Shown in pieces: positions 36,446-45,619 of a stretch of 64,000 nucleotides of DNA. This DNA comes from an uncultured Clostridia bacterium. GTDB taxonomy: Bacteria > Bacillota > Clostridia > Christensenellales > CAG-138. Position 1 is the stretch's first letter. Each line of letters starts with the position of its first letter. The DNA lies in NCBI GenBank assembly GCA_905235205.1, contig CAJOKM010000004.1, forward strand, positions 1,879 through 65,878, read 5' to 3'. The translations under genes and the position numbers were made by a program. Below the pieces are notes generated by a model, which did not search any database, was not told where the DNA came from, and saw only the letters and a program-made list of their open reading frames with translations.

Positions 36446-37516
36446 ATGGACGATCGCATTGCGCGGCTTCGCGCCGCAATGGAGCAGCAGGGCTTGGACG
36501 CCGTACTTTTGAAGTCTGTTACGGCGATTCGTTATTTTTCCGGGTTTACGAGTGAAGACGCGTCCGTCGTCGTCACAAAGGACCGCAGCGTCCTTCTGAC
36601 AGACTTCCGCTATACCATTCAGGCAAAGGCGCAGTCGGGCGACTGCTGCGAGGTTCTCGAGGTTTCCGGCGCGGCGCACAACGAGGCGATCGGTAAGATC
36701 GTAAAAGACGGCGATGTGAAGCGCTTAGGCTTTGAAGACGATTATGTCAGCTTTGCGCGCTATCAGGCGTATCAGGCGTTCGGCGCGGAGCTTGTGCCGT
36801 TTGCGAAGGAACTGCATCATTTGCGCATCCTTAAGACGGCTGACGAAGTCGAGTGCCTCCAAAAGGCACAGGCAATGGCGGATCAGGCGTTTGCGGAGCT
36901 TTTGAAAACGATCCACGCCGGCATGAGCGAACGGCGTGTCGCCGCGGAGCTCGAATACATCTGCGCGAAGCTTGGCAGCGAAGGCCCGTCGTTTGAAACG
37001 ATCGTCGGCTCCGGCCCGAACGGCGCGATGTGCCATGCGGTCCCCGGGGATCGTGTGCTGCAGGAGGGCGATCTGGTGGTCCTCGATTACGGCTGCATGT
37101 ACAACGGCTATCATTCCGATATGACGCGTACGTTCGCGGTCGGCAAGGCGGATCCGTTTGCGGAGGAGATCTACGGCATCGTGCGCGAAGCGCAGCAGCG
37201 CGCGCTGGATGCGTTAAAGCCCGGCGTCACCGGAAAGGAACTCGACGCGATCGCGCGCGATTTCATCAAGGAAAAAGGCTACGGCGACTGCTTCGGTCAC
37301 TCTCTGGGACACGGATTCGGACTGCTGATTCACGAAGCGCCGTACGCATCGGCGGCAGGCGATACCGTCTTTGAAGAGGGCATGACGATCACCGTCGAGC
37401 CGGGCATCTATCTCGAAGACAGGTTCGGCGTCCGCATTGAGGACTGCTGTGTCGTAACAAAGGACGGCAAACGAAACTTAGTGACCGCGTCAAAAGAACT
37501 CATGCATATCGATTGA
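36446..37516 (+). CDS. Xaa-Pro aminopeptidase / M24 family metallopeptidase
   Basis: VLDYGCMYNGYHSDMTRT, GHSLGHGFGLLIHE, TVEPGIY. Sits upstream of efp as in Bacillus (yqhT-efp). Confidence 0.88.
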   Translation: MDDRIARLRAAMEQQGLDAVLLKSVTAIRYFSGFTSEDASVVVTKDRSVLLTDFRYTIQAKAQSGDCCEVLEVSGAAHNEAIGKIVKDGDVKRLGFEDDYVSFARYQAYQAFGAELVPFAKELHHLRILKTADEVECLQKAQAMADQAFAELLKTIHAGMSERRVAAELEYICAKLGSEGPSFETIVGSGPNGAMCHAVPGDRVLQEGDLVVLDYGCMYNGYHSDMTRTFAVGKADPFAEEIYGIVREAQQRALDALKPGVTGKELDAIARDFIKEKGYGDCFGHSLGHGFGLLIHEAPYASAAGDTVFEEGMTITVEPGIYLEDRFGVRIEDCCVVTKDGKRNLVTASKELMHID

Positions 37517-37561
37517 CGAGCACGATATCAGGATCAGAATCAAATTGGGAGGATTATCACT

Positions 37562-38119
37562 ATGATTATGGCAGGCGATTTCCGCAAGGGCGTTACGGTC
37601 GAGATCGACGGCGTCGTATGGTCGATTTCCGACTTCCAGCATGTAAAACCGGGCAAGGGCGCGGCGTTTGTTCGCACCAAGCTCAAGAACGTCATGACCG
37701 GCGCGGTGCTGGAGCGTACGTTCAGCCCGACGGACAAATACCCGCTGGCGCACATCGAAACCAAGGACATGGAATACCTGTATTCCGACGGCGAACTGTA
37801 TTACTTCATGGACATCGAGACCTACGAGCAGCTTCCGCTGAACTTTGAGCAGGTCGAGGACGCGATCGATTTCATCAAAGAGAACGATCAGGTCAAGATG
37901 CGTTTCTATAAGGGGAACGCGTTCTCCGTGGAAGCGCCGAACTTCGTCGAGCTCAAGGTCACCGAGACCGAACCGGGCTTCAAGGGCGATACGGCGACCG
38001 GCACGACCAAACCTGCGGTTTTGGAAACCGGCTATCACATTGCGGTCCCGCTGTTTGTCAATGAGGGCGACACGATCCGCATCGACACGAGAACCGGCGA
38101 ATATATGTCCCGCGTATAA
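37562..38119 (+). CDS. efp: elongation factor P
   Basis: [13 protein letters not shown]...[17 protein letters not shown], with Lys in the KPGKG loop; 185 aa. Confidence 0.95.
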   Translation: MIMAGDFRKGVTVEIDGVVWSISDFQHVKPGKGAAFVRTKLKNVMTGAVLERTFSPTDKYPLAHIETKDMEYLYSDGELYYFMDIETYEQLPLNFEQVEDAIDFIKENDQVKMRFYKGNAFSVEAPNFVELKVTETEPGFKGDTATGTTKPAVLETGYHIAVPLFVNEGDTIRIDTRTGEYMSRV

Positions 38120-38149
38120 CGCAAACTACTTAAAAATCGGAGGTGCAGT

Positions 38150-38557
38150 ATGAGCAGGATTTCTGAAAAGGTGGCTTACCTGGACGGCCTTATGGAAGGA
38201 CTCAACATCCGCGAAGACAAGTATGCCAAGATCTTCACGGCGATCGTCGACACGCTCGATCTCGTGGCGGAAGAGATGGCGGATCATGAGGACACGCTTG
38301 CGGATCTGGACGACAGTGTGGAAGAGATCTTCGAGAACCTCGATGAATACGACGAGCTCCTGTATGGCGACGAGGAAGACGACGAGGAAGAGGACGACGA
38401 ATTTGACGAGGATGATTTCTTTGAGATCGTCTGCCCGAACTGCGGCGAGACCATCTACTTCGATCAGGACATGCTCGACCGTCCGGACGGTCTGATCTGC
38501 CCGAACTGCAACGAACCGATCGAACTGCATATTCCGGAGACCGAACCGGAAGCGTAA
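38150..38557 (+). CDS. acidic zinc-ribbon protein (CD1247 N-terminal domain-like), function unknown
   Basis: 135 aa with an N-terminal helical domain, a poly-acidic tract DEEDDEEEDDEFDEDD and a C-terminal CPNCGE...CPNCNE ribbon. Immediately downstream of efp. Confidence 0.7.
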   Translation: MSRISEKVAYLDGLMEGLNIREDKYAKIFTAIVDTLDLVAEEMADHEDTLADLDDSVEEIFENLDEYDELLYGDEEDDEEEDDEFDEDDFFEIVCPNCGETIYFDQDMLDRPDGLICPNCNEPIELHIPETEPEA

Positions 38558-38571
38558 GCGAAAGAAACAAG

Positions 38572-38598
38572 GCGGGAGGCTGCGGCTTCCCGCTTTTA
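38572..38598 (+). terminator. rho-independent terminator
   Basis: GCGGGAGG-CTGCGG-CTTCCCGC followed by TTTTAT. Confidence 0.6.
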
Positions 38599-38630
38599 TG
38601 AAGGGATCGTATTCTAAAAAAGAATGAACC

Positions 38631-39530
38631 ATGGTTGAAATCGCAAGAAAAATCTGCAAACGTCTGCATGCCTATCTCCGGATGGACCGGTATTCGGGAA
38701 AGGTGTATTCGGTGTACCCGAACGCTGTCCATCTGCAAACCTCCATCGGCATGGTATCGGTTCTGACAAACGCGCGCTGCCTGCATCCGTTTTCCGTCGT
38801 TATCAACTCGACCAAACAGCTTGAGCGGTTTGCGATCGAAGAGGGACAGGAAGTGCTTCTGGGCGACGAACGGATCGAGATTCCCGCATGCGGGTTTTCC
38901 GTCGATCTTTCGCAGGCGACCGATTTCGATCTCTCGGTGGATTCGATGCAGACGCTGTTTTTACCGACCGATCTTTCCATCCGCTTACGGCATCTGCTGC
39001 GTGTGATCGAAACGAACAGCAGGCAGGACGATCTCGGCCCGCTTGTTATTGAGGCGCGATCCGATTCGTACTGCGACGAGATTCGCGCGCTGCTGCCTGC
39101 GCTGCATACGGCGTTTCGCGAACAGGATCCGAACGCGTGCCGCGACGCGGCGGCGGCGATCGGCGGGATCGGCGCAGGTCTAACGCCGGCGTCGGACGAT
39201 CTTCTGTGCGGGTATGCGGCGGCGTATGCCGCGCTGAGCATTGCGCTCGGCAGAAGCAACCAGCGCGTGCTGTCGCTGACGCGGGAAATGGCGTCCGGCG
39301 CGGCGGCGCAAACGACCGAGCTTTCCGCGGCGGTCTTGCTGCAGTGCGGCGAGGGACTCGTGTCCGAGGACGTCTATCAGCTTTTGCGCGCGCTCTTTTC
39401 GGACGTGCCGTATGCGGCTATGGTTGCTTCCGCGGCGAAGCTGGCTTCGGGTGAAGGCGCCGGCGGCGTGAACCTTTTGACCGGCGTGTATCTCGCGCTC
39501 TCGCATCAGTACGGCGGACGCGACGATTGA
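38631..39530 (+). CDS. DUF2877 (AllH-like) domain protein
   Basis: GIGAGLTPASDDLLCGYAAAY matches the G-x-G-LTP-x-GDD motif of the family; 299 aa. Confidence 0.65.
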   Translation: MVEIARKICKRLHAYLRMDRYSGKVYSVYPNAVHLQTSIGMVSVLTNARCLHPFSVVINSTKQLERFAIEEGQEVLLGDERIEIPACGFSVDLSQATDFDLSVDSMQTLFLPTDLSIRLRHLLRVIETNSRQDDLGPLVIEARSDSYCDEIRALLPALHTAFREQDPNACRDAAAAIGGIGAGLTPASDDLLCGYAAAYAALSIALGRSNQRVLSLTREMASGAAAQTTELSAAVLLQCGEGLVSEDVYQLLRALFSDVPYAAMVASAAKLASGEGAGGVNLLTGVYLALSHQYGGRDD

Positions 39531-39547
39531 TTCCCTAAAATTCAAAG

Positions 39548-39578
39548 CACCGCTCCGAAAAATCGGAACGGTGTTTTC
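39548..39578. terminator. bidirectional terminator between convergent genes
   Basis: CACCGCTCCG-AAAAAT-CGGAACGGTG, flanked by an A/T-rich run on the left and TTTTCTG on the right. Confidence 0.65.
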
Positions 39579-39580
39579 TG

Positions 39581-40009
39581 TTATTCAGCCGGTTTTTCCT
39601 GCGGCTCTGCGAGCTCGTTTGTGTCGATCGTCTTGCGGAAGACGACAAACCGCTGATACGGGAACTCGGTCGCAAGGTTCAGGATCATATTGATCGCCGT
39701 GACCAGGTATTCGTTCCAGCCGAGCCGCTCGGTCAAAAAGTGCTCAAGAAGCGTTGAGAGCGGCGTGAACACGCAGTAATACGCGAAGACGAGCAGCATG
39801 GCCTTCGGTACGTTCGACGCGCTCTTGAACGTGTAGCGACGGTTGATCGTGAAGTTCCAAAGCACGGAGAGCACGAGCGCGATCAGATAGCTCAGCCAGT
39901 AGTTCCAATGGAACAGCTCGTTCATCAGCGTGAAGCTGCCGATCTCGATCAGCCCGGCGGAGGCGGCGATCAGCACGTATTTCACGGTGCGAAGCAATTC
40001 TTTTTTCAT
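39581..40009 (-). CDS. GtrA family membrane protein
   Basis: Start MKKELLRTVKYVLIAASAGLIEIG inside ORF 39581..40129. Four TM helices and WNFTINRRYTF, typical of GtrA. Confidence 0.8.
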   Translation of the reverse strand: MKKELLRTVKYVLIAASAGLIEIGSFTLMNELFHWNYWLSYLIALVLSVLWNFTINRRYTFKSASNVPKAMLLVFAYYCVFTPLSTLLEHFLTERLGWNEYLVTAINMILNLATEFPYQRFVVFRKTIDTNELAEPQEKPAE

Positions 40010-40293
40010 GGGGTCGGGTCCTCTTTTGCAAAGATACTGAGAAGCGCGGGGTCTAAATAACCGTCCGCTTCGCCTTCGATGAGGCCTTCGCCCTTGTGAT
40101 ATTCGGGTGTGCGGATGAGCTGTCTCCATTCATAGGGAGAGACGGGATCGACGGAAAGCTCCTCGGCGTACGACGCGGTCGTGTGCCATGCCTGACGGCA
40201 GGCGGAACAGCGAATCACACGATCGCGCCCGGTGATATGGATCACGGTCCAGTTGGCAAGATCCGGAACGCGGCAAATGCATTTTGCGTACAT
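40006..40293 (-). CDS. hypothetical small protein with possible Cys4 zinc-binding N-terminus
   Basis: 95 aa with AGGAGG 4 nt upstream of the ATG. CxC at residues 5-7 and CxxC at 29-32. 4-nt overlap with the gtrA start. Confidence 0.55.
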   Translation of the reverse strand: MYAKCICRVPDLANWTVIHITGRDRVIRCSACRQAWHTTASYAEELSVDPVSPYEWRQLIRTPEYHKGEGLIEGEADGYLDPALLSIFAKEDPTP

Positions 40294-40301
40294 GAATCCT
40301 C

Positions 40302-41075
40302 CTACGGCTGCTTGATCCGGCTTTTCGGCGCGCAGATCGACTGGGTGTATTCGTCGAGCGTCATGGCGTGGCAGACGGACGGCGTACTGAACAGAAAGAC
40401 CTTGTCATACTGATAGCTGTACGCGGCGTTCTTCGAAAGGATCAGCTGATCCTTCACGTTGATTTCAAGCTTCTGCCCGATCTGCTCGATCATCTGCGCG
40501 GTTTTGAGATCGTCCTCGGACGGAACGAGAATATTCGAGGGATGATTGTGCGTTAAGATCACATACCGTGCGCGGTGCAGCAGCGCGGTTTCGATGACGC
40601 GGCGCGGTTCGATGCTGACGTGCGAAAGCGTGCCGACCTGCAGCACTTCGGTGTGCAGAACGGACATCGAAGAGTCCAGGCAGATGATGCGCAGCGTTTC
40701 ATAGCGATCCGACGCGGCAAGCGCAAGCGCGTAGCGGCAGGCGTCCTGCGGGTTTTCCAGGCGGCTGTTCGGCACGGACCGCGCGGCTTCGAGGTTCAGC
40801 CGGCGGTGCAGATCAAACAGCATGTGCAGATAGACCGCGGTGCGTTCGCCGATCCCGTCAAGCGTTTTCAAATCGTTCGGGTCGGCGGCGAACACGCCGG
40901 ACAGCGAGCCGTAGCGGTTCAACAGCCGGTGCGCAAGCTCGTTCACGTCCCTGCGCGGGATCGCGTAGGTCAAAAGCAGTTCGAGCACGGTATGATCCGG
41001 CATACCGTCCATACCGGCTTTCTGATACGTCATGCGAAGCCGTTCGCGATGTCCTTCGTGCAGATGCTTTTCCAT
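40302..41075 (-). CDS. radC: RadC-like JAB domain protein (UPF0758)
   Basis: HEGHRERLR, HhH segment LKTLDGIGERTA, and JAMM-like block ARYVILTHNHPSNILVPSEDD. Confidence 0.85.
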   Translation of the reverse strand: MEKHLHEGHRERLRMTYQKAGMDGMPDHTVLELLLTYAIPRRDVNELAHRLLNRYGSLSGVFAADPNDLKTLDGIGERTAVYLHMLFDLHRRLNLEAARSVPNSRLENPQDACRYALALAASDRYETLRIICLDSSMSVLHTEVLQVGTLSHVSIEPRRVIETALLHRARYVILTHNHPSNILVPSEDDLKTAQMIEQIGQKLEINVKDQLILSKNAAYSYQYDKVFLFSTPSVCHAMTLDEYTQSICAPKSRIKQP

Positions 41076-41081
41076 ACCGGT

Positions 41082-41110
41082 ATTTTACAATCTTCCGCCT
41101 GTTTCGTCAA
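41082..41110 (-). promoter_or_regulatory. sigma-A type promoter placed for a leaderless radC mRNA
   Basis: Minus-strand TTGACG (41110-41105), 17-nt spacer, TAAAAT (41087-41082). Only 6 nt (ACCGGT) separate the -10 from ATG 41075, and there is no Shine-Dalgarno sequence. Confidence 0.5.
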
Positions 41111-41221
41111 TCTCCGAACGAAAAAATAAGAGTCCGCCGTTTTGACGGTCCAACGGGTAGATTCCGTTTCGGGATCACAGGAAATAAGATTTCTAAGGAC
41201 ATTCTCAAAGTAATACAAAAA

Positions 41222-41262
41222 CCGGCATAGCGGGTAGATACCAACTACGCCGGTTTGTCGAA
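41222..41262. terminator. terminator after the DUF5684 gene
   Basis: AACCGGCATAG...CTACGCCGGTT hairpin flanked by an A5 run on the left and TTTG on the right. Confidence 0.5.
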
Positions 41263-41273
41263 TTTTCAAATGT

Positions 41274-41678
41274 TCAGTTCTGCTCGAAACTGTCGACGGC
41301 TCCTTCGCCGTCAATGCCGATATATTGCGCGCTTCCGAAAGCGAGGATCAGCAGGAAGATGGGCTCTAAGAGAATCAATCCGGCAGCGAATCCGCCGCTC
41401 TTTCCGAAAACCCTGGCGAGCTTGACGTATGTCATGATGTCAAAAACGATATTGGCGATCGGGATAAGCATCAGGAACATATAGGCGCCGCTTCCCCAGG
41501 TGATCTTGAACAAGACCCATACATCGTAGATCGGGATGATGGCAGCCCAGCCGGGTTCCCCGGCTTTTTTGAAGATCTTCCACATCGCAACGATCATGAG
41601 GACGGTGAGTCCGATGGAAACGATGATGGAAACGGGTGAAGAATCCCGAGACATATCAGAGATAACACTGAAATTCAT
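41274..41678 (-). CDS. DUF5684 domain membrane protein
   Basis: KIFKKAGEPGWAAIIPIYDVWVLFKI signature; four TM helices; 134 aa. Confidence 0.7.
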   Translation of the reverse strand: MNFSVISDMSRDSSPVSIIVSIGLTVLMIVAMWKIFKKAGEPGWAAIIPIYDVWVLFKITWGSGAYMFLMLIPIANIVFDIMTYVKLARVFGKSGGFAAGLILLEPIFLLILAFGSAQYIGIDGEGAVDSFEQN

Positions 41679-41741
41679 GCATACACTCCTTCCATTGTCC
41701 GCTCAAAACGTCCGTATTTCCGAATTGCCGACGGACATAGC

Positions 41742-43217
41742 TTACAGATTCTTCAAAAGACCGGTGGCTTCGTTGAACTCGTTGATGAGCGCGTCGATCT
41801 CGTCGACCTGCGCGTGGACGTCGGTCCAGTAGTTCTGATCATACCACTGCGCGTTGAGCTCCGAAACGTCCTTGCCCTGCTGTTCGACCCAGGTGTAGTA
41901 CTTGAGGTTATGGACGCGCTTTCTCGACTCGTAGGTGAGCTCTTCCATCGTGTCGGTGCGGATGCCGTGCAGATGTTCCGCCCAGTCGGCAGCGGCCTTT
42001 GCTTCGCTGTACGCGCCGTTTTCCTCCTCAAGCTCGCGGATGCGGCTCTGATACATTTCGGCGGAGTCGGTGCCGACGGTGGCGAGAATGTCGTGCTCGT
42101 CGAGCTCGTAGTACTTCGCCATCTTGATGCAGCACAGCATGTTCGCGATGCCGGAAATGCCGAGCAGCGGGAGCTTTTCGACGGTTTCCGCCGGAACGCC
42201 GACGACGTCGCGGAGGTACGCGTGTCCGACCGGATCGTTGAAGAGCCGTAAAAGTTTCTGGCTGTCTTCATCGTCGATCGCGATGACCATATCGGTGTTT
42301 TTGACGTTGTGGATCCACGGCACGTGCTTGTCGCCGATGCCTTCGATGCGATGACCGCCGAAGCCGTTGTTCAAAAGCGTCGGGCACTGCAGCGCTTCGC
42401 CGACGGCGAGCTTGGAACCCGGATACTTTTCCTTCAGGAAATCGCCCGCGCTCATCGTTCCCGCGGAACCGCTGGTGAACGCCGCGCCCGCAAAGCGGTC
42501 GCCGTCGCGGCGGATCTGCTCGACGGCGTCGTAGATCGCGCGGCCGGTGACGTTGTAGTGCCAGAGCGGATTGCCCATCTCTTCGAACTGGTTGAAGATC
42601 ATCATGGACGGATCCTTACGAAGCTCCCAGGTCTTATCGAAGATCTCCTTGACGTTCGACTCGCAGCCCGGCGTCGCAATGACCTGACCGGCGATCTTCG
42701 AAAGCCATTCGAAGCGTTCCCTGGACATCTCGGCGGGCAGGATCGCCACGGAATCGCAGGCTAAAAGCTTTGAATTGAACGCGCCGCCGCGGCAGTAATT
42801 GCCGGTGGACGGCCAGACGGCGTGGTGATAGGTCGGATCGAACTGTCCGGTCACGAGCCGCGGCACCAGACATCCGAACGACGCGCCGACCTTATGGCAG
42901 CCGGTGGGGAACCACTTGCCGGTCAGAAGCACGATCCGCGCCCTGACGCCGGTCAGTGCGGACGGAAGCTCGATGTAGTTCACGTCGCCGAACTTGCCGT
43001 CGCCGCCTTTTTCCACCGGATTGTTTCTCCAGGTGATGCGAAACAGGTTCAGAGGGTTCACGTCCCAAAGTCCGACGCCGGTCAGTTTGTCCTGGATCTT
43101 CTCCGGGATCTTTGAGGGATCTTCCATCTGCGCAAACGTCGGAATGATAATGTTCTTTTCCTTTGCGCGTTCGATCGAGCGGTTCAGGTTGTCGCGATGC
43201 ATCGTGAGATCGATCAT
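41742..43217 (-). CDS. pyridoxal-phosphate-dependent enzyme, tryptophan synthase beta-like (fold type II) superfamily, about 490 aa long form
   Basis: Start MIDLTMHRD (AAGGAGA upstream) inside ORF 41742..43256. Candidate PLP lysine in PTGCHKVGASF, and a glycine-rich loop FTSGSAGTMSAG. Confidence 0.6.
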   Translation of the reverse strand: MIDLTMHRDNLNRSIERAKEKNIIIPTFAQMEDPSKIPEKIQDKLTGVGLWDVNPLNLFRITWRNNPVEKGGDGKFGDVNYIELPSALTGVRARIVLLTGKWFPTGCHKVGASFGCLVPRLVTGQFDPTYHHAVWPSTGNYCRGGAFNSKLLACDSVAILPAEMSRERFEWLSKIAGQVIATPGCESNVKEIFDKTWELRKDPSMMIFNQFEEMGNPLWHYNVTGRAIYDAVEQIRRDGDRFAGAAFTSGSAGTMSAGDFLKEKYPGSKLAVGEALQCPTLLNNGFGGHRIEGIGDKHVPWIHNVKNTDMVIAIDDEDSQKLLRLFNDPVGHAYLRDVVGVPAETVEKLPLLGISGIANMLCCIKMAKYYELDEHDILATVGTDSAEMYQSRIRELEEENGAYSEAKAAADWAEHLHGIRTDTMEELTYESRKRVHNLKYYTWVEQQGKDVSELNAQWYDQNYWTDVHAQVDEIDALINEFNEATGLLKNL

Positions 43218-43388
43218 AAGAAATCTCCTTTGTATAATTGATTTGCGCTTGTGCACATTCTTTCAAAGTATATCATACTCGGTTTTTCGCGGTTTGTAAA
43301 CAGCAAGAAAAATGAATTTTATGAAAGAAATTGCGCGGAAGCCTTTCTATCGCGCGCAAACAATGGTACAATCACTACGGAGGAAGCT

Positions 43389-44195
43389 ATGATCAGGACA
43401 GGGATTTCAACGGCAAGTTTTTTCGATACGCTGATGCTTGAGGACGCGCCCGCGCTGCTGAAGGCGTGGGGGATTCGCTATTCCGAGTATTATCTGAACA
43501 GCTATTGCGAGTACGATCCGGCGTTTATCGAGCCGCTGGCGCACGCGTCGGAGGATGCGGGGATCTGCGTGACCGCCGTGCATCCGATGAGTCTGCAATA
43601 CGAACCGCAGCTGTTCACACCGCATCCGCGCCAGCGCGACGATGCGTTCAAAGCGTATGAAACCGTTTTGAAGGCGGCGGAAAGACTGCATGCGGATCAC
43701 TACGTAATGCACGGGCCCGTTGTGCTCAACGGCGCCGCGAAAAATCTGCAGTTCGAGCGGCTTGCGCCGATCTTCGACCGGCTTTCGGAGATGGCGGAGG
43801 ATCACGGGCTGCGCCTTACGCTCGAAAACGTCAGTTACGGCATCATGCCCACGCCCGGGATCGGACAGCAGCTGCAGAGCCTGATGCGCCGCACCCTGTA
43901 TCATACGCTCGATCTCAAGCAGGCGATCCGCGCGGGCGTGGATCCGATGGCGTTTGTCGACGCGTTCGGCGAGCGGATCATCGCGGTGCACGCGTGCGAC
44001 TGCGACCGGTCGGGGGAGAAGCCTCGCTTCTGCCTTCCGCCGCGCGGCGGATATGATTTTAAGCGCATGACGGACGCGCTTGTGAAAAAGGGATTTTCGG
44101 GCACGGTCATGCTCGAAGCATACAGCGATATGTACCGAAGCCATTCGGAGCTTAAGGACGCTTACACGGCGCTGGATCGGCAAATCAACGCATAG
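43389..44195 (+). CDS. sugar phosphate isomerase/epimerase (xylose isomerase-like TIM barrel)
   Basis: Start MIRTGISTASF (GGAGGAAG upstream) inside ORF 43251..44195. HADHYVMHG and LTLENV motifs. Confidence 0.7.
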   Translation: MIRTGISTASFFDTLMLEDAPALLKAWGIRYSEYYLNSYCEYDPAFIEPLAHASEDAGICVTAVHPMSLQYEPQLFTPHPRQRDDAFKAYETVLKAAERLHADHYVMHGPVVLNGAAKNLQFERLAPIFDRLSEMAEDHGLRLTLENVSYGIMPTPGIGQQLQSLMRRTLYHTLDLKQAIRAGVDPMAFVDAFGERIIAVHACDCDRSGEKPRFCLPPRGGYDFKRMTDALVKKGFSGTVMLEAYSDMYRSHSELKDAYTALDRQINA

Positions 44196-44206
44196 GAGGA
44201 ATCGAA

Positions 44207-45619
44207 ATGGAAACGGGAACGTTTGAAGAATCGATGCGCATCACGATCGATTACAACAACATGATGCAGGAAACGCTCGGCGCACGCGGGCTCACCAAAG
44301 CGGAGCTTACGGCGCTTCCGTTACGGGAAGCCGTCAAGGGCATGAAAGAGAAGCGCGGACAGATGAAATGGCGCGAGCTTCCGCACAACCAGGACGCGAT
44401 CGTGGGCGAAATCGAAGCGGTTGCGAAGGACGTGCGCGCGCGGTTTGAGAACTTCGTGGTGCTCGGCATCGGCGGAAGCGCATTGGGTCCGATCGCGGTA
44501 CAGCAGGCGCTGTCACATCTTCGCTACAACGATCTTCCGCGCGAAAAACGGAACGGACCGCGGCTGTTTGTCGAGGACAACGTCGATCCGGAGCGCATGA
44601 ACGCGCTTTTGGACGTGATCGACGTGGAAAAAACCTGTTTCAACGTGATCACCAAATCGGGCAGCACGTCGGAAACGATGTCGCAGCTTCTCATTGTGAC
44701 CGATCTTTTACACAGGGCGCTCGGCGAGGACATCTCCACGCACCTGATCGCGACGACCGACCGCGAGAAAGGGAATCTCATCAAGATCGCAAAGCGCGAG
44801 AACCTTCAAACCTTCTATGTGCCGGACGGCGTGGGCGGACGGTTTTCGGAGCTGTGCCCGGTGGGACTTTTAGCGGCGGCGGTGTGCGGGATCGACATCC
44901 GCATGCTTTTACGGGGCGCGGCGTACATGGACAGGCTGACCCAAAATGAGAACGTGTTTGAAAACCCGGCGTACCTTCCGGCGGCTTTGCAGGTTGCGGC
45001 GATGAAGCGCGGCGCGAACATCCATGTTCTGATGCCGTATGCGGATTCGCTGAAATACATTGCGGACTGGTATGCGCAGCTGTGGGCGGAATCGCTCGGC
45101 AAGCGCACGGACAACGCCGGAAACGAGATCTATGCCGGACAGACCCCGGTCAAATCGCTCGGCGTGACCGATCAGCATTCGCAGGTGCAGCTCTATACGG
45201 AAGGTCCGTTTGACAAGGTTGTGACGTTTCTGTCCGTCGACCGGTACAGAAGCACGATGCCGATCCCGAACGGATACCTTGATATTCCGGACGTGTCGTT
45301 CCTTTCGGGACACACGCAGAACGAACTGATCGCAGCGGAGGAAGCGGCGACCGAGTATGCGCTCATGAAGAGCGGACACCTGAGCTACGCGATCCGCATG
45401 CCGGAGGTGAACGCGTTCACCGTCGGCGAGCTTTTGTACCTGTTTGAAGTCATGACCGCGTTTGCGGGCGAACTGCTTTTTTTGAACGCGTTCGATCAGC
45501 CGGGCGTCGAGGAAGGCAAGAACGCGACGTACGCGCTGCTCGGCAAGCCCGGGTTTGCCGAAAAGAAAGCGGAGCTTGACGCCGCGCCGAAAAAACGCGC
45601 GGAATACGTCGTCAGATGA
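44207..45619 (+). CDS. pgi: glucose-6-phosphate isomerase
   Basis: VVLGIGGSALGP, ITKSGSTSET, GGRFSELCPVGL and DQHSQVQLYTEGP. Confidence 0.92.
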   Translation: METGTFEESMRITIDYNNMMQETLGARGLTKAELTALPLREAVKGMKEKRGQMKWRELPHNQDAIVGEIEAVAKDVRARFENFVVLGIGGSALGPIAVQQALSHLRYNDLPREKRNGPRLFVEDNVDPERMNALLDVIDVEKTCFNVITKSGSTSETMSQLLIVTDLLHRALGEDISTHLIATTDREKGNLIKIAKRENLQTFYVPDGVGGRFSELCPVGLLAAAVCGIDIRMLLRGAAYMDRLTQNENVFENPAYLPAALQVAAMKRGANIHVLMPYADSLKYIADWYAQLWAESLGKRTDNAGNEIYAGQTPVKSLGVTDQHSQVQLYTEGPFDKVVTFLSVDRYRSTMPIPNGYLDIPDVSFLSGHTQNELIAAEEAATEYALMKSGHLSYAIRMPEVNAFTVGELLYLFEVMTAFAGELLFLNAFDQPGVEEGKNATYALLGKPGFAEKKAELDAAPKKRAEYVVR

